Origin: an uncultured Acidimicrobiales bacterium
GTDB taxonomy: Bacteria > Actinomycetota > Acidimicrobiia > Acidimicrobiales > UBA10347
Direction: 5' to 3'
Length of the DNA: 64,000 bases
Assembly: GCA_943788915.1 (NCBI GenBank)
Contig: CALSSD010000003.1
Location: forward strand, 74,663 to 138,662
The translations under genes and the position numbers were made by a program. Below, in pieces: positions 39,975 to 51,104 of the stretch (its first letter is position 1; each line of letters begins with the position of its first letter). The notes under the pieces are model-generated. The model was not told where the DNA came from, made no database searches, and saw nothing but the letters and a program-made list of their open reading frames with translations.

Positions 39975-40754
39975 CTAGAACTGGCTCCGCACCGCCCAAA
40001 GATCTGGGAAACACTGTCGAAAGAGCGTGCCCTTGAGATAGTCCACCCCTGAGCTGCCGCCGGTTCCCATACGAGTGCCGATGGTGCGCTGCACCATCAT
40101 CACGTGGCGGTAGCGCCACTCTTGGAGCGCTTCATCGAGATCGGTCAGCGCCTCGCACAAACTCAACAGTCGGACGTCGTTCCGGTAAGCGTTCACGATG
40201 ACCGCCTGGACTGCAGCATCTGGCTCAAGAGCCGCCTTGGGGTCCCGAGATGTTGCCGATTCTGGCATGGGGTGGCCGTTGCGATGCAGGTAACCCACGA
40301 ACGCATCCCACAAGGTAGGTTCTTCGATCCGCTTGATCAGGCGGTTGTATTCACCGTCATCTCCTTTGAACCACTCGGGGTCAAACGTGTCGGTGATACC
40401 GAGAAGGCACTCGAGCTCGCGAAACTGCACCGACTGGAAGCCGCTGCTCTCGTCAAGGAAACGTCGGAATGACAGGAACTCGAGCGGCGTCATGGTTTCC
40501 AAAATGTCGATCTGTCCAACCATCGTCTTGAAGATGTGGCGTACACGCCGGAGCTGATGGCCACCCCGTGCGAGTTCATCGCCCCGCAGGTGAGCGACGA
40601 GCCGATCGAGTTCATGCAGGATCTGTTTGAACCACAGTTCATAGACCTGATGGATGATGATGAAGAGCATCTCGTCGTGTTCTTCAGGCTCGCTCCGAGG
40701 TTCCTGCAGCTTAAGAAGCTCGTCGATCTTGAGGTACTCGCCATAGGTCGTCAC
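39975..40754 (-). CDS. kynA: Tryptophan 2,3-dioxygenase
   Basis: TYGEYL..LL.LQ, HDEMLFIIIHQVYELWFKQ, SSGFQSVQFRELE, WRYRH..V.R.IG..GTGGSSG; start GTG 40754. Confidence 0.96.
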   Translation of the reverse strand: MTTYGEYLKIDELLKLQEPRSEPEEHDEMLFIIIHQVYELWFKQILHELDRLVAHLRGDELARGGHQLRRVRHIFKTMVGQIDILETMTPLEFLSFRRFLDESSGFQSVQFRELECLLGITDTFDPEWFKGDDGEYNRLIKRIEEPTLWDAFVGYLHRNGHPMPESATSRDPKAALEPDAAVQAVIVNAYRNDVRLLSLCEALTDLDEALQEWRYRHVMMVQRTIGTRMGTGGSSGVDYLKGTLFRQCFPDLWAVRSQF

Positions 40755-40859
40755 ACTGCGATCGTAACGTTCGTCTCTGCAGCCAGTGCCGTTCGGATGC
40801 GGCGCTTGTGTGGGGCCAGACCCGAGGTGAGCGCAACCGGTCGGGCCTACTCTGGCGAG

Positions 40860-41660
40860 ATGGAAGACGAGAGCAGCCACGCCGCAACCGTGTTAACAGC
40901 GTCGATGAGCCAGTTCGGTAAGAACGCAATCAACTATGCAACTTCGACCGTGCATGCGAAGGGGGCAAGCCTGGGCCGCATCGTCGAGATGCTCGCTCCC
41001 CAGTCCGACTGGCATGCTCTAGATATCGCCACTGCGGCTGGCCACACGGCGTTCGCCGTTGCCGAACACGTCGCCTCCGTCATCGCATCCGATGTCACGC
41101 CTGAGATGCTCATCGTTGCCGAGAACCTTGCCGCTACTCGTGGCATCAGCAATGTGACCTTCGCTGAGTCAGACGCTCACGCGCTGAGGTTCGACGATGC
41201 GACGTTCGATCTGGTGACCTGTCGGATCGCTCCCCACCATTTTTCTGATCCTGCCGCTTTTGTGCACGAGGTGGCCCGAGTACTTCGTCCCGGGGGCGTG
41301 TTCGGCTTGGTCGATAACCTTGCACCAGAGGACCCTGCCTCAGCCGTCTGGTGTGACGACTTTGAACGGCGCAGAGACCTGAGCCATCTGCGATGTCTGC
41401 CTGCTACCGAGTGGGCTGAGCTCATCGCTGATGCCGGCCTGGTGGTAACGGCCTTCGAAACTATGGGAAAGAAGATGATGTTCGAACCATGGGCCGACAA
41501 TATGTCGGTACCGGCCGACGTGCGGCGTGAACTTCTCGATGATCTTCGCTCTGCGACTCAGCCGGTGAGCGACTGGCTACGGCCCGAACCAGATGCGGAT
41601 GCACCCACGTTTGTGCTTACCGAAGGATTGTTTGTGGCGACGAAACCACCCGCGTCCTGA
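40860..41660 (+). CDS. Class I SAM-dependent methyltransferase
   Basis: LDIATAAGHT, FDLVTCRIAPHHF, RVLRPGG, RDLSH; start ATG 40860. Confidence 0.9.
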   Translation: MEDESSHAATVLTASMSQFGKNAINYATSTVHAKGASLGRIVEMLAPQSDWHALDIATAAGHTAFAVAEHVASVIASDVTPEMLIVAENLAATRGISNVTFAESDAHALRFDDATFDLVTCRIAPHHFSDPAAFVHEVARVLRPGGVFGLVDNLAPEDPASAVWCDDFERRRDLSHLRCLPATEWAELIADAGLVVTAFETMGKKMMFEPWADNMSVPADVRRELLDDLRSATQPVSDWLRPEPDADAPTFVLTEGLFVATKPPAS

Positions 41661-42157
41661 GTCAGTGTGAGCGCCTGCACCATGTTCCGGTTCACGAACG
41701 CCAAGCCAGTACTAATGCGATTATCGCCTTGGCGTTGACCTAGTAAAATCGTGGCATTGGTAACCGGGAAGTACGACTGCAGCTGGTCAGTGAGCACTCG
41801 AGTTGGGGTATCCACGAACTGCAGATGTCCGGTGCCGTAGACCTCAAACGGGCCCACGATCGCTCCGAAGTAACTCTTTTTCTTCGACTCGAACTTGTAG
41901 AGCCGTGTCTCGGGGCTCTCATGATCTTGCGTATCTAGCGTGGCTAGCAAGATCGAGGCTTTGGGGATCGTGGCGATTGGCCACATCGAACCTGCACTGT
42001 CCACGTCTTGCAGCAGGCTCGTAATCCGGGCATCGTGTAGCTCGATGAAGTCGGTGTTCGGATCATTGAGCTTTTCCGACAACCGCTCGGCTATCAAGAG
42101 TCCACCTTCGATGTGATGGGCATGCGTGTATACAACAGCAGTTACGTGCTCGATCAT
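41558..42157 (-). CDS. Hypothetical protein (two DUF6812-like repeats)
   Basis: IEG..RLSEKLN..FIELHDA..IPKASI and VYGTGH..YFPVTNA..FVNRN; tail overlaps the convergent methyltransferase by 103 bp. Confidence 0.6.
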   Translation of the reverse strand: MIEHVTAVVYTHAHHIEGGLLIAERLSEKLNDPNTDFIELHDARITSLLQDVDSAGSMWPIATIPKASILLATLDTQDHESPETRLYKFESKKKSYFGAIVGPFEVYGTGHLQFVDTPTRVLTDQLQSYFPVTNATILLGQRQGDNRISTGLAFVNRNMVQALTLTQDAGGFVATNNPSVSTNVGASASGSGRSQSLTG

Positions 42158-42259
42158 ATGGATATCGTCTCGCTAGGCGGATAGTTGAGAGAACCGTCTC
42201 GATTTTCTGGTTGTCGGCCACAAACACCCGTGTTTCGTGCGCCTTAATTTGGCATCGTT

Positions 42260-43165
42260 GTGTCCATGAACGCGACTTCAGAACTGGGTATTCGACTAGC
42301 GAACGGCGAACTCATCCTCATAGACGGGGCGACGGGAACTGATATTGAGCGGCGCGGCGTGCCCATGGTCGAGAACGCGTGGTGCGGCGTCAGTGCCCTA
42401 ACCCATGGCGACGATGTCCGGGCGGTGCACCGTGCTCATATTGATGCCGGCGCCGAATTGATCATCGCCAACACGTACGCGTCGAGCCGACATCTGCTTG
42501 CCCGTGCAGGCGAAGAAGAACACTTCGCAGAGATCAATCGACGAGCGGTTGCGCTCGCCATAGAGGCTCGGGATCAGGCAGGACGACCCGAGGTGCTTAT
42601 CGCCGGGTCGATGTCAACCAGCCGCCAGGGTGGGCCGTTTCCCGACGTCGAGATCGCCCGAGCAAACTTTGCCGAACAGGCGATCATCCTGACCGAAGCT
42701 GGTGTCGACATCATCGTGCTTGAGATGATGCGCGACATTGAACAAACAGAAGTGTGTCTCGAGGGGGCACTGGCGACTGGTCTACCGGTCTGGCTGGGTG
42801 TCTCGTGTGTGCTCAGCCACGGCGTGCCGTGGATGTGGGAGCGCACGGTCACACTCGAGGCGTTCATGCAACGCTTCGCGGCTGAACCGGTAGAAGTCAT
42901 CACCGTCATGCATTCGGAGACCGAAGATATCGATCTCTGCCTTGAGGTCGTGAAGAAACACTGGAGCGGCCCGATTGGGGTCTATGCGCAGAGCGGTGTT
43001 TTTGAACATCCGAAGTGGGTCTTCATCGATGTTATCTCTGTCGAAGACTACGCCGAGGCCTGTATGCGATGGATCGACAGCGGCGTGCAGATCATTGGCG
43101 GTTGCTGCGGGATCGGCCATGAACACATAGCTCATCTACGCTCTCGCATCGACGCCCGAAGCTGA
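42260..43165 (+). CDS. Homocysteine S-methyltransferase family protein
   Basis: LIDGATGT, H..HIDAGA.LIIANTY, AGSMS, IIGGCCGIG. Confidence 0.88.
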   Translation: MSMNATSELGIRLANGELILIDGATGTDIERRGVPMVENAWCGVSALTHGDDVRAVHRAHIDAGAELIIANTYASSRHLLARAGEEEHFAEINRRAVALAIEARDQAGRPEVLIAGSMSTSRQGGPFPDVEIARANFAEQAIILTEAGVDIIVLEMMRDIEQTEVCLEGALATGLPVWLGVSCVLSHGVPWMWERTVTLEAFMQRFAAEPVEVITVMHSETEDIDLCLEVVKKHWSGPIGVYAQSGVFEHPKWVFIDVISVEDYAEACMRWIDSGVQIIGGCCGIGHEHIAHLRSRIDARS

Positions 43166-43194
43166 CCTTGTGTCGTCGCCTGCCTCGGCATGGG

Positions 43195-43311
43195 CGCTCG
43201 CCGAAAGCTGTCAGGTCCGTTGACGTAATCGGTGCTGCGGATACGGCGTTGTACCGCGCCAAACACGATGAGCACAATCAGCTCGCGTCCACTGAACTGG
43301 CTACTGACTGA
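43195..43311 (+). pseudogene. GGDEF-domain remnant with an internal deletion
   Basis: 43207-43311 reads AVRSVDVIG-AADTALYRAKHDEHNQ..*: the pre-GGDEF RxxD segment abuts the C-terminal ADxALYxAK motif. Confidence 0.6.
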
Positions 43312-43394
43312 TCGCACCGCAAGGTGCACAACTGGGCCATTCCGGACCGTCTGAGATTGTCACACCCCTGGTGTAGGTTGCTTTTTGACGCACT

Positions 43395-46300
43395 ATGGCC
43401 ATCACTGACCTTCCTCTTACCCCGTTCACGAGCTCTTCGGTTACGGCGGTGGGGCACGCCCGGCAACTGCAATTTGACGCGCCTGGCCCACCTTCGTTCC
43501 CTGCATTGGCGGACTTCCATCCCGCTGTCCGCACCTGGTTTACGCGCTCCTTTCCACTAGGCCCGACCCCTCCTCAGGAGCACGCGTGGCCTTCCATCGC
43601 AGCGGGAAACGACACACTGGTTGCTGCTCCTACGGGTTCGGGCAAGACGCTGTCGGCATTTTTGGTCTCGATTGACCAGCTCTATAAGCGCCACGACGCC
43701 GGCACGCTCATGGCCAACACGGCACAGGTTGTGTATGTGTCACCGCTCAAGGCATTGGCGGTTGATATCAGCGAGAATTTATCCCGTCCACTAGACGAGA
43801 TTGCAGCAATCGCGCTCGAGCTTGGGTATCAGCCTCCTGCGCTACGAGTCGGCGTCCGATCCGGCGATACCACCAGCTCGCAGCGCAGTTCTATGGTGCG
43901 CAAACCACCCGAGTTCATCGTGACCACGCCCGAGTCGCTCTATCTCATGGTCACCGCCGAGAAGAGTCGCGACGCGTTACGCACGGTGCAAACCGTGATC
44001 ATCGACGAAATCCATGCAGTGGCCCGTGACAAACGCGGATCACACCTCACGCTCACATTGGAACGACTCGAACACATCTGCGGCGACCGGCCCGTGCGTA
44101 TTGGGTTGTCGGCGACCCAACGCCCCATCGAGACTGTGGCCCGCATGCTTGTCGGCAGCGCCCGAAGTAATGCCACCGGCGCACCCGACTGCACCATCGT
44201 CGATGCCGGTCATCAGCGTCATCTCGACCTTGAGCTGGTACTCCCCGAAGGCGAACTCGAAGCACTCCCGGCGGCCGAGATGGTGGCTGAACTACTCGAC
44301 GAGATCACCGAGATGATCGAGCAACATCACACCACTCTGGTCTTCGTAAACACCCGTCGTATGGCCGAACGGATCGCCCACCAGCTGGCAGAACGGCTGG
44401 GCGACGACAAGGTAGCTGCCCACCACGGATCCCTGTCTAAGGACCGACGCGAACGCGTCGAACGCAAACTCCGTGCCGGCGAGTTCAAGGCCCTCGTGGC
44501 CACCGCTTCGCTTGAACTCGGCATCGATATCGGACCGATCGAACTGGTCTGCCAGATTGGTTCGCCCCGCAGCATTGCCACATTCCTCCAACGAGTGGGC
44601 CGGTCGGGTCACACCCGTCATGGCACGCCAAAAGGCCGACTGTTCCCGTTGAGCCGCGACTCACTTGTCGAGTGCGCTGCGCTGCTCTCGGCAACCAAAG
44701 CAGGCCGGCTCGACGCGATCTTGCCGCCGGTGGCGCCCCTTGACATTCTGGCTCAGCAGATCGTGGCAGAAACCGCTGCCGAACGGTGGAACGTCGATGA
44801 TCTGTACACCCTGATGAAGGGCGCATCGCCCTATGCCGAGCTCACTCGCGAGGTATTCGACGAGGTCCTCGACTTCACGACCAAGGGCATCGTCACCGGC
44901 CGAGGCCCCAAGGGTGCCTATGTCCATTTCGACGAAATCAATGGCGAAGTCGAAGGCCGACGGGGTGCACGTCTGGCATCGCTGACCTCTGGTGGTGCTA
45001 TCCCGGAGACCGCTGACTATCGGGTCATCGCCGATCCCGACGATATGCGGGTGGGCTCCGTGGGCGAAGACTGGGCAACCGAATCGCTTCCGGGAGACAT
45101 CTTCCTTCTTGGTACACACTCGTGGCAGATCCGGCGGATCGAACCCGGCGTGGTCCGGGTCGTCGACGCTGGGGGCAAACCACCCACGATTCCGGTGTGG
45201 CTTGGCGAAGCACCAGCCCGCACCCAAGAATTGTCAGAAGAAGTTTCGTCGCTGCGAGCTGGTGTCCAGCGGCTGATCGAAACTCAGTCTCCGCGTGCGG
45301 CGGTTGCCTGGGTCATCGAAACCTGCGATATCGACCCGCTTCCTGCCGAGATGATCGTGGCCTATCTTGCAGCATCACTTGCGGTACTGGGCGATCTCCC
45401 CACCACCGAGCGTCTGGTCATCGAACGTTTCTTCGACCAAACCGGCGGCATGCAACTGGTGGTCCACTCCCCCTTCGGAGGTCGCATTAACCGCGCGTTT
45501 GGGCTGGCGTTGCGCAAGAAGTTCTGTGTGAACTTCGACTTCGAACTCCAGGCGGCGGCGAACGACGACTCCGTGCTACTTTCGCTCGGCCCTCAGCACA
45601 GCTTCCCCCTCGACGAGGTCAAGAACTACCTCAAGTCCGAACAGGTGCCACAGACCTTGACTCAGGCCGTGCTGGTGCCGCCGTCGCCGATGTTTATCTC
45701 CCGGTGGCGGTGGAATCTGAACCGCTCACTCACCGTGCTGCGGTGGAAGGGCGGTCGCAAGAACCCGCCGCCGATTCAGCGCATGGAAGCCGACGATGTC
45801 ATGGCCGCAGCATTTCCGTCGGCTGCTGGCTGCCAGGAACACATCAATGGGCCGATCGAAATTCCCAATCATCCGATCGTGCGCCAAACCATGTTCGACA
45901 CGTTGCACGAGGGTATGGACGTCGACGGGTTGTGCGAGCTTGTCAGCCGGCTCGAATCCGGCGACCTTCAGGTCACCTGTGTCGACTCGGTCGAACCGTC
46001 ACCACTATCTCATGAGCTACTCGTTGGCCCTGCGTTCACCTTTCTTGATGCGGACGCCGAAGCCATCGACCGCCGGTCCCGGGCAGTGCCCTTGCGGCGT
46101 GGCATTCCTGTCGACCTCAACGAGATCGGTGGCGTCGACCTATCAGCGATCAATCAGGTCCGGATCGAAGCCGAACCCGACATCCGCAATGCCGACGAGC
46201 TCCACGACCTACTCGCCGACCTGGTCCGTACCCGGGCACGTCCGCAGTGGCAAGACCTCTTCAACGAGCTCGTACATCGCAACCGAGCGGTAGCGCTCGA

Positions 46301-47813
46301 CGGTGGCTTCTGGTCCACTGCTGAACTTGCTGACACAGCCCGAGCAATCGGAACCGACACCACGAGGGGCGAAGAAGGCCTGCAGGCCATGGTCCGCGGC
46401 CATCTCACTACTACTGGGCCCATCACCACCGCTGACCTGGCCGAGTTGTGTGGCACCGAAACCAGCCGGGTCGCGATTGCGCTCGTCGGGCTCGAGGGCA
46501 CCGGATTCGCCATTCGAGGCGCGTGGTCACCCACGGAGGGGGCAGACACCGAATGGTGCAGCCGCCATCTGTTGTCACGTATCCATGTCTATTCGCAGAA
46601 ACGACGACGCAAACAGGTCGAGCCGTGCACCCAGCAGCAGTTTGTGCAGTTCCTGCTGCGATGGCAACATCTCACACCAGACACCCATGTCAAAGGCCGG
46701 GCGGGCCTGATCGCTGTGCTTGAGCAACTCCAGGGTTACGAAGTGCCCGCTGGTTCATGGGAGGCAGTGCTGTCTGGCCGAGTCGCCAACTACCAGCCCA
46801 GCTGGCTCGACGAGTTATGCCTAGGCGGCGAGGTCGTCTGGGGCCGCCTCTCGCCTCCGGTGGCGGCCCCCTGCCTGGCCCCCACCGATGCCGATGAGTC
46901 TGGGCTGCACACCGAGCACGATTCGCCCGAGCTGCATCTGAGAGCCCCCGAACGGCGACTCGCTCCGTCCCGGGCGACACGCATCAGCCTGGCGACCCGA
47001 GGCGACTTCGCATGGTTGTTAGCGGCCGGCCGCAAGGGTTCGGCAGAAGCCCCGGCCGATGAGACCGATCTTGTTTCCGAGATCATCGCCTTACTTGACC
47101 AGCGGGGAGCCAAGTTCCATGCCGAGCTAGCAGAACATTTCGACCGACCCGGACCCGAAATCGAAGATGCGTTGTGGTCAGCGGTCGGACTCGGCCTGGT
47201 GACCGCCGACAGTTTCGGTGCCGTCCGCACGTTGTTCGCGAATCGCAAGGTCCGCAGTGCCCGCCATTCACTGGGACGTCGAGGATTACGCCGGGGCGCA
47301 GCCGGTCACGAACGGGCCGAAGGCCGATGGGCGTTGCTTCCTGCCCCAATGGAGATCGAGGACCCTGACGAACTCGCCGAAGCAGTGGCTGAACAACTGC
47401 TCGCTCGCTGGGGTGTCGTGTTCCGAGACATGGTGCAAACCGAGTCGTTAGCCATTCCGTGGCGCGAGGTGTTGTGGGCCTTTCGTCGGCTCGAGGCCCG
47501 TGGCCTGATTCGCGGCGGTCGGTTCGTCAGTGGATTCGCTGGCGAACAGTACGCCTCGGTCGAAGCCATTCGGGCGCTGCGTGAGACCCGGCGACACAAA
47601 CCCTCCACCACTCCCGATGAAATCGTCGACGTACTTGCCGTCGATCCATGCAACATCACCGGCCATCTCTTGCCGGGTGACCGGGTGCGGTCCGTCGGTT
47701 CCTCCACCATTCGCTTCCGTAATGGCTTGGTACACGACCACGTTTCCCACGACCACGTTTCTCACGACCACGTTTCTATGGACTCAAACGAACTGTCTGA
47801 AGTTCCTGGTTAA
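43395..47813 (+). CDS. lhr: Lhr family long ATP-dependent helicase
   Basis: APTGSGKT, SPLKAL, TTPESL, DEIH, GLSAT, HHGSL, LELGID, QRVGR, VVHSPFGGRIN, QLQG, LLARWGVVFR, RGGRFVSGFAGEQY. Confidence 0.95.
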   Translation: MAITDLPLTPFTSSSVTAVGHARQLQFDAPGPPSFPALADFHPAVRTWFTRSFPLGPTPPQEHAWPSIAAGNDTLVAAPTGSGKTLSAFLVSIDQLYKRHDAGTLMANTAQVVYVSPLKALAVDISENLSRPLDEIAAIALELGYQPPALRVGVRSGDTTSSQRSSMVRKPPEFIVTTPESLYLMVTAEKSRDALRTVQTVIIDEIHAVARDKRGSHLTLTLERLEHICGDRPVRIGLSATQRPIETVARMLVGSARSNATGAPDCTIVDAGHQRHLDLELVLPEGELEALPAAEMVAELLDEITEMIEQHHTTLVFVNTRRMAERIAHQLAERLGDDKVAAHHGSLSKDRRERVERKLRAGEFKALVATASLELGIDIGPIELVCQIGSPRSIATFLQRVGRSGHTRHGTPKGRLFPLSRDSLVECAALLSATKAGRLDAILPPVAPLDILAQQIVAETAAERWNVDDLYTLMKGASPYAELTREVFDEVLDFTTKGIVTGRGPKGAYVHFDEINGEVEGRRGARLASLTSGGAIPETADYRVIADPDDMRVGSVGEDWATESLPGDIFLLGTHSWQIRRIEPGVVRVVDAGGKPPTIPVWLGEAPARTQELSEEVSSLRAGVQRLIETQSPRAAVAWVIETCDIDPLPAEMIVAYLAASLAVLGDLPTTERLVIERFFDQTGGMQLVVHSPFGGRINRAFGLALRKKFCVNFDFELQAAANDDSVLLSLGPQHSFPLDEVKNYLKSEQVPQTLTQAVLVPPSPMFISRWRWNLNRSLTVLRWKGGRKNPPPIQRMEADDVMAAAFPSAAGCQEHINGPIEIPNHPIVRQTMFDTLHEGMDVDGLCELVSRLESGDLQVTCVDSVEPSPLSHELLVGPAFTFLDADAEAIDRRSRAVPLRRGIPVDLNEIGGVDLSAINQVRIEAEPDIRNADELHDLLADLVRTRARPQWQDLFNELVHRNRAVALDGGFWSTAELADTARAIGTDTTRGEEGLQAMVRGHLTTTGPITTADLAELCGTETSRVAIALVGLEGTGFAIRGAWSPTEGADTEWCSRHLLSRIHVYSQKRRRKQVEPCTQQQFVQFLLRWQHLTPDTHVKGRAGLIAVLEQLQGYEVPAGSWEAVLSGRVANYQPSWLDELCLGGEVVWGRLSPPVAAPCLAPTDADESGLHTEHDSPELHLRAPERRLAPSRATRISLATRGDFAWLLAAGRKGSAEAPADETDLVSEIIALLDQRGAKFHAELAEHFDRPGPEIEDALWSAVGLGLVTADSFGAVRTLFANRKVRSARHSLGRRGLRRGAAGHERAEGRWALLPAPMEIEDPDELAEAVAEQLLARWGVVFRDMVQTESLAIPWREVLWAFRRLEARGLIRGGRFVSGFAGEQYASVEAIRALRETRRHKPSTTPDEIVDVLAVDPCNITGHLLPGDRVRSVGSSTIRFRNGLVHDHVSHDHVSHDHVSMDSNELSEVPG
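47733..47777 (+). repeat. Three tandem copies of a 15-bp unit (CACGACCACGTTTCY; HDHVS) at the lhr C-terminus
   Basis: cacgaccacgtttcc cacgaccacgtttct cacgaccacgtttct. Confidence 0.9.
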
Positions 47814-47876
47814 CGAACGAGGCCAGGATCACCCATGCACAACCGAGGCATATCTGCGGAGGCGCCCTCGCCTCTG

Positions 47877-49307
47877 TCAGCCTTGGTTGGCTCGTTGGGT
47901 CATGAGTTGGTTGACGACCTTGCCGTCGGCCTTGCCTTGCGTGGCCTTCATGATCTGGCCCACAAAGTGGCCCTGGACCTTGCGGTCGCCTTCGACGAAC
48001 CGGGCCCATTCATCTGGGCTGGCGGCGATGATGCCATCCAGCAGTGTCTCAAGTTCGCTGGTGTCCATAGCTTCGAAACCCATGGTGGCAGCGATATCTG
48101 CAGGTTCGCCGCCGTTCGTTACCAGTTCACCCAACACCGTCTTGACCTGGGTCGAACTCAGGGTTCCCTCTGATTCCATGGCAACCAGTGCAGCAAACGT
48201 TGCCGGCGTTAGTTGACCCTGGCCATCGGACAGGTTCTGATCGGCATGTTTCATGGCCGCGGTTGGGTCGGCACCTGCATCGATAGCGGCAATAACAAGC
48301 ACGTCTAGTCCACGTTCAACCGTGAGCGCTGTGTCTGCTACCACCACACCAGCTGCGACGGCCAACGCGGCTCGACGGGCCGCTGGTAGCGCCGGCATTG
48401 CCGCGTCGATGGCATCGATGTCGGCCTGTGTCGGCACGAGTGGAGGGAGATCAGGGCAGGCGAAGTACCGGTAGTCGTCGGCGTCTTCTTTGGAGCGCCC
48501 CGACGTGGATCGACCACCATCTTCGTCCCAGTGACGGGTTTCCTGCCGGGGTGACTCACCATTGGTCCACAGATCGACATGGCGGCGAGCTTCGTAGTTG
48601 ATGGCCCGGCCGAGCGAACGAAGCGAGTTGATGTTCTTGACCTCGCACCGGGTGCGTAGTTCGTCGCTGCCAACTGGACGGACCGAAACGTTGGCATCGA
48701 CTCGCATAGAACCCTCTTCCATACGTGCGTCGCTGACCCCGGTGACAAGCAAGATGTCACGTAGTTCTGCGACATAGGCCCGTGCCGTCTCGGCATCGTG
48801 CATAACCGGGTGACTCACGATCTCGACCAGCGGCACGCCAGCACGGTTGTAATCGACCAGCGTGGCGGTCGCGTCGTGGATTCGGCCGCCGCCGCCCAGG
48901 TGAGTGGACTTACCGGTGTCTTCTTCGATGTGGGCCCGTTCGACGCCGACGGACGTTCCGTCTGGCAACACCACGAACCCCTCAGAGTTCGTCGGTTCTT
49001 CGTACTGCGTAGTCTGGAAGTCCTTGGGCATGTCGGGGTAGAAGTAGTTCTTGCGGGCAAAGATCGACCGCGAAACAGTGCAGTTGAGCGCACGACCAAG
49101 CTGCATTGCATACTCCACCGCCTGCTCGTTCGCCACTGGCAACGAACCGGGAAGGCCAAGACACGTCGGACAGATATTGGTGTTCGGTTCATCGCCGAAC
49201 GAGTTGGCGCAGCCGCAAAAGAGTTTCGTGGCAGTCGCAAGCTCGACATGGACTTCGAGCCCAATCACCATCTCCCAGCCCTCGGGTAGTACGGCTGGTT
49301 CACTCAT
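47877..49307 (-). CDS. gatB: Asp/Glu-tRNA amidotransferase subunit B
   Basis: [50 protein letters not shown]; start ATG 49307. Confidence 0.98.
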   Translation of the reverse strand: MSEPAVLPEGWEMVIGLEVHVELATATKLFCGCANSFGDEPNTNICPTCLGLPGSLPVANEQAVEYAMQLGRALNCTVSRSIFARKNYFYPDMPKDFQTTQYEEPTNSEGFVVLPDGTSVGVERAHIEEDTGKSTHLGGGGRIHDATATLVDYNRAGVPLVEIVSHPVMHDAETARAYVAELRDILLVTGVSDARMEEGSMRVDANVSVRPVGSDELRTRCEVKNINSLRSLGRAINYEARRHVDLWTNGESPRQETRHWDEDGGRSTSGRSKEDADDYRYFACPDLPPLVPTQADIDAIDAAMPALPAARRAALAVAAGVVVADTALTVERGLDVLVIAAIDAGADPTAAMKHADQNLSDGQGQLTPATFAALVAMESEGTLSSTQVKTVLGELVTNGGEPADIAATMGFEAMDTSELETLLDGIIAASPDEWARFVEGDRKVQGHFVGQIMKATQGKADGKVVNQLMTQRANQG

Positions 49308-50731
49308 GACATCCCCTTGGCAGCGTCTTCGAGGGCTTTTGCAGCCCGGAACATCTTGGCTTCTTCGAGCATTGGTGCGAGCACCTGGACACCGACCGGT
49401 AGGCCGTCGTCGCCAACGCCGAACGGCACCGACATAGCCGGATGGCCCGCCAGGTTCGACGGGATCGTGCAGACATCGCACATGTACAGCGCCATTGGAT
49501 CGCTCTTGGCCCCAATCTCGAACGCTGTGGACGGCGAAGTCGGCGACAGCAACAGATCGAACTTCTCGTAGGCGGTTGCAAACTCATCGGCAATCAGCGT
49601 GCGAACTCGTTGTGCTTTGCCGTAATAGGCGTCGTAATACCCCGACGACAGTGCGTACGTGCCCAACATGATGCGCCGCTTCACTTCGTCGCCGAAACCA
49701 GCAGACCGAGTGGCGACATTCATGGCGGCCACGTTCTGACCATCCACTCGGTGTCCGTAACGCACACCATCAAAGCGAGCCAGGTTGCTCGACGCTTCGG
49801 CTGGAGCGATCAGGTAGTAGGCAGCCAGGCCATAAATCGTGGCCGGAATACTGACGCGCTCAACCGTGGCACCTGCAGCGATGAGCGCTTCGGCTGCTTG
49901 GTTGGTTCGAGCGATGACATCGTCGTCGATGCCGTCGGCCATCAGTTCATCGATCAGACCGATGCGCATGCCAGCAACGCCGTCGTTCACCGTCGGAAGC
50001 GTTGGGGTTAGCGCGGTTGGGATCGAGGTCGCGTCTCGTGGATCGTGACCACTAATGACATCAAGACATAGTGCGGCGTCAGTGACGTCGTGGGCGAACG
50101 GCCCGATCTGGTCGAGTGAGCTTGCAAAGGCGATCAGCCCATAACGAGACACTGCTCCGTAACTGGGCTTGACACCAACCACGCCACATAACGCAGCTGG
50201 CTGGCGGATCGACCCGCCGGTATCGCTGCCAAGTGACAGGGGCACAAAGTCGGCGGCCACCGCTGCAGCCGAACCCCCACTCGACCCGCCGGGAACACGC
50301 GAGGTGTCTCGGGGGTTACGGGTTGGCCCAAAGGCCGAGTTCTCGGTCGACGAGCCCATAGCGAACTCGTCGAGGTTCGTCTTCCCGACGATCACGGCAC
50401 CGGCGGCTTCGAGTCGTCCGATAACCGTTGCGTCGTAGGGCGGGCGCCATCCCTCGAGGATCTTTGAGCTGCACGTGGTGGGTTCACCACGGGTGCACAT
50501 GTTGTCCTTGATCGCGATTGGCACACCAGCGAGCGGCCCCGGATCCTGACCAGCGGCGACCGCCTTATCGACGGCTTCGGCCTGCGCGTGAGCCCGTTGT
50601 TTGGTCAGATGGAGAAACGCATGGATCTCTTCGTCACGTCCATCAATGGTGTCAAAGGACGTCTCGGCAGCCGCAACAGCGGACTGTTCGCCGGAGCGGA
50701 TAGCTGCGGCTAGTTCGAATGCGCTACTCAC
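49304..50731 (-). CDS. gatA: Asp/Glu-tRNA amidotransferase subunit A
   Basis: [51 protein letters not shown]. Confidence 0.98.
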   Translation of the reverse strand: MSSAFELAAAIRSGEQSAVAAAETSFDTIDGRDEEIHAFLHLTKQRAHAQAEAVDKAVAAGQDPGPLAGVPIAIKDNMCTRGEPTTCSSKILEGWRPPYDATVIGRLEAAGAVIVGKTNLDEFAMGSSTENSAFGPTRNPRDTSRVPGGSSGGSAAAVAADFVPLSLGSDTGGSIRQPAALCGVVGVKPSYGAVSRYGLIAFASSLDQIGPFAHDVTDAALCLDVISGHDPRDATSIPTALTPTLPTVNDGVAGMRIGLIDELMADGIDDDVIARTNQAAEALIAAGATVERVSIPATIYGLAAYYLIAPAEASSNLARFDGVRYGHRVDGQNVAAMNVATRSAGFGDEVKRRIMLGTYALSSGYYDAYYGKAQRVRTLIADEFATAYEKFDLLLSPTSPSTAFEIGAKSDPMALYMCDVCTIPSNLAGHPAMSVPFGVGDDGLPVGVQVLAPMLEEAKMFRAAKALEDAAKGMS

Positions 50732-51030
50732 GGGGCTTCTCCAAGAGCTGGCGGCACCCGGAAGCGGCCGTCTTCGGCCTCAGGTGCCTGAGCAAGGACT
50801 TCGTCGCGATCGAGCGATGGCACGATCACATCAGGACGTAGCACATTGGTCAGTGGGTACGGCTGGGCCATCGGCGGCACCTCGCTGAGATCCAGCGAAT
50901 TCAGTTGCGCTGCGGTCTCAAGAACAACACAAAGTTGTTCGGTGAAGGTATCGAGTTCGTTATCGCTGAGGCGCAGCCGGGCCAACGAAGCAACATGGGC
51001 TACTTCGTCTCGTGATATTTCGCCACTCAT
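50728..51030 (-). CDS. gatC: Asp/Glu-tRNA amidotransferase subunit C
   Basis: [27 protein letters not shown]; first gene of gatCAB. Confidence 0.96.
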   Translation of the reverse strand: MSGEISRDEVAHVASLARLRLSDNELDTFTEQLCVVLETAAQLNSLDLSEVPPMAQPYPLTNVLRPDVIVPSLDRDEVLAQAPEAEDGRFRVPPALGEAP

Positions 51031-51104
51031 GAGGTCATCTTGCAGTCATGCACAGCTACCGATGGTATCCGCCAATCTTGGCGGGGCCGGGTTACCGTGG
51101 CTGG

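Noticed and set aside
3458..47813. Three helicases (HrpB, PcrA, Lhr) as an anti-phage defence island
   Set aside because: All are dispersed, standard housekeeping helicases with no adjacent nucleases or defence genes
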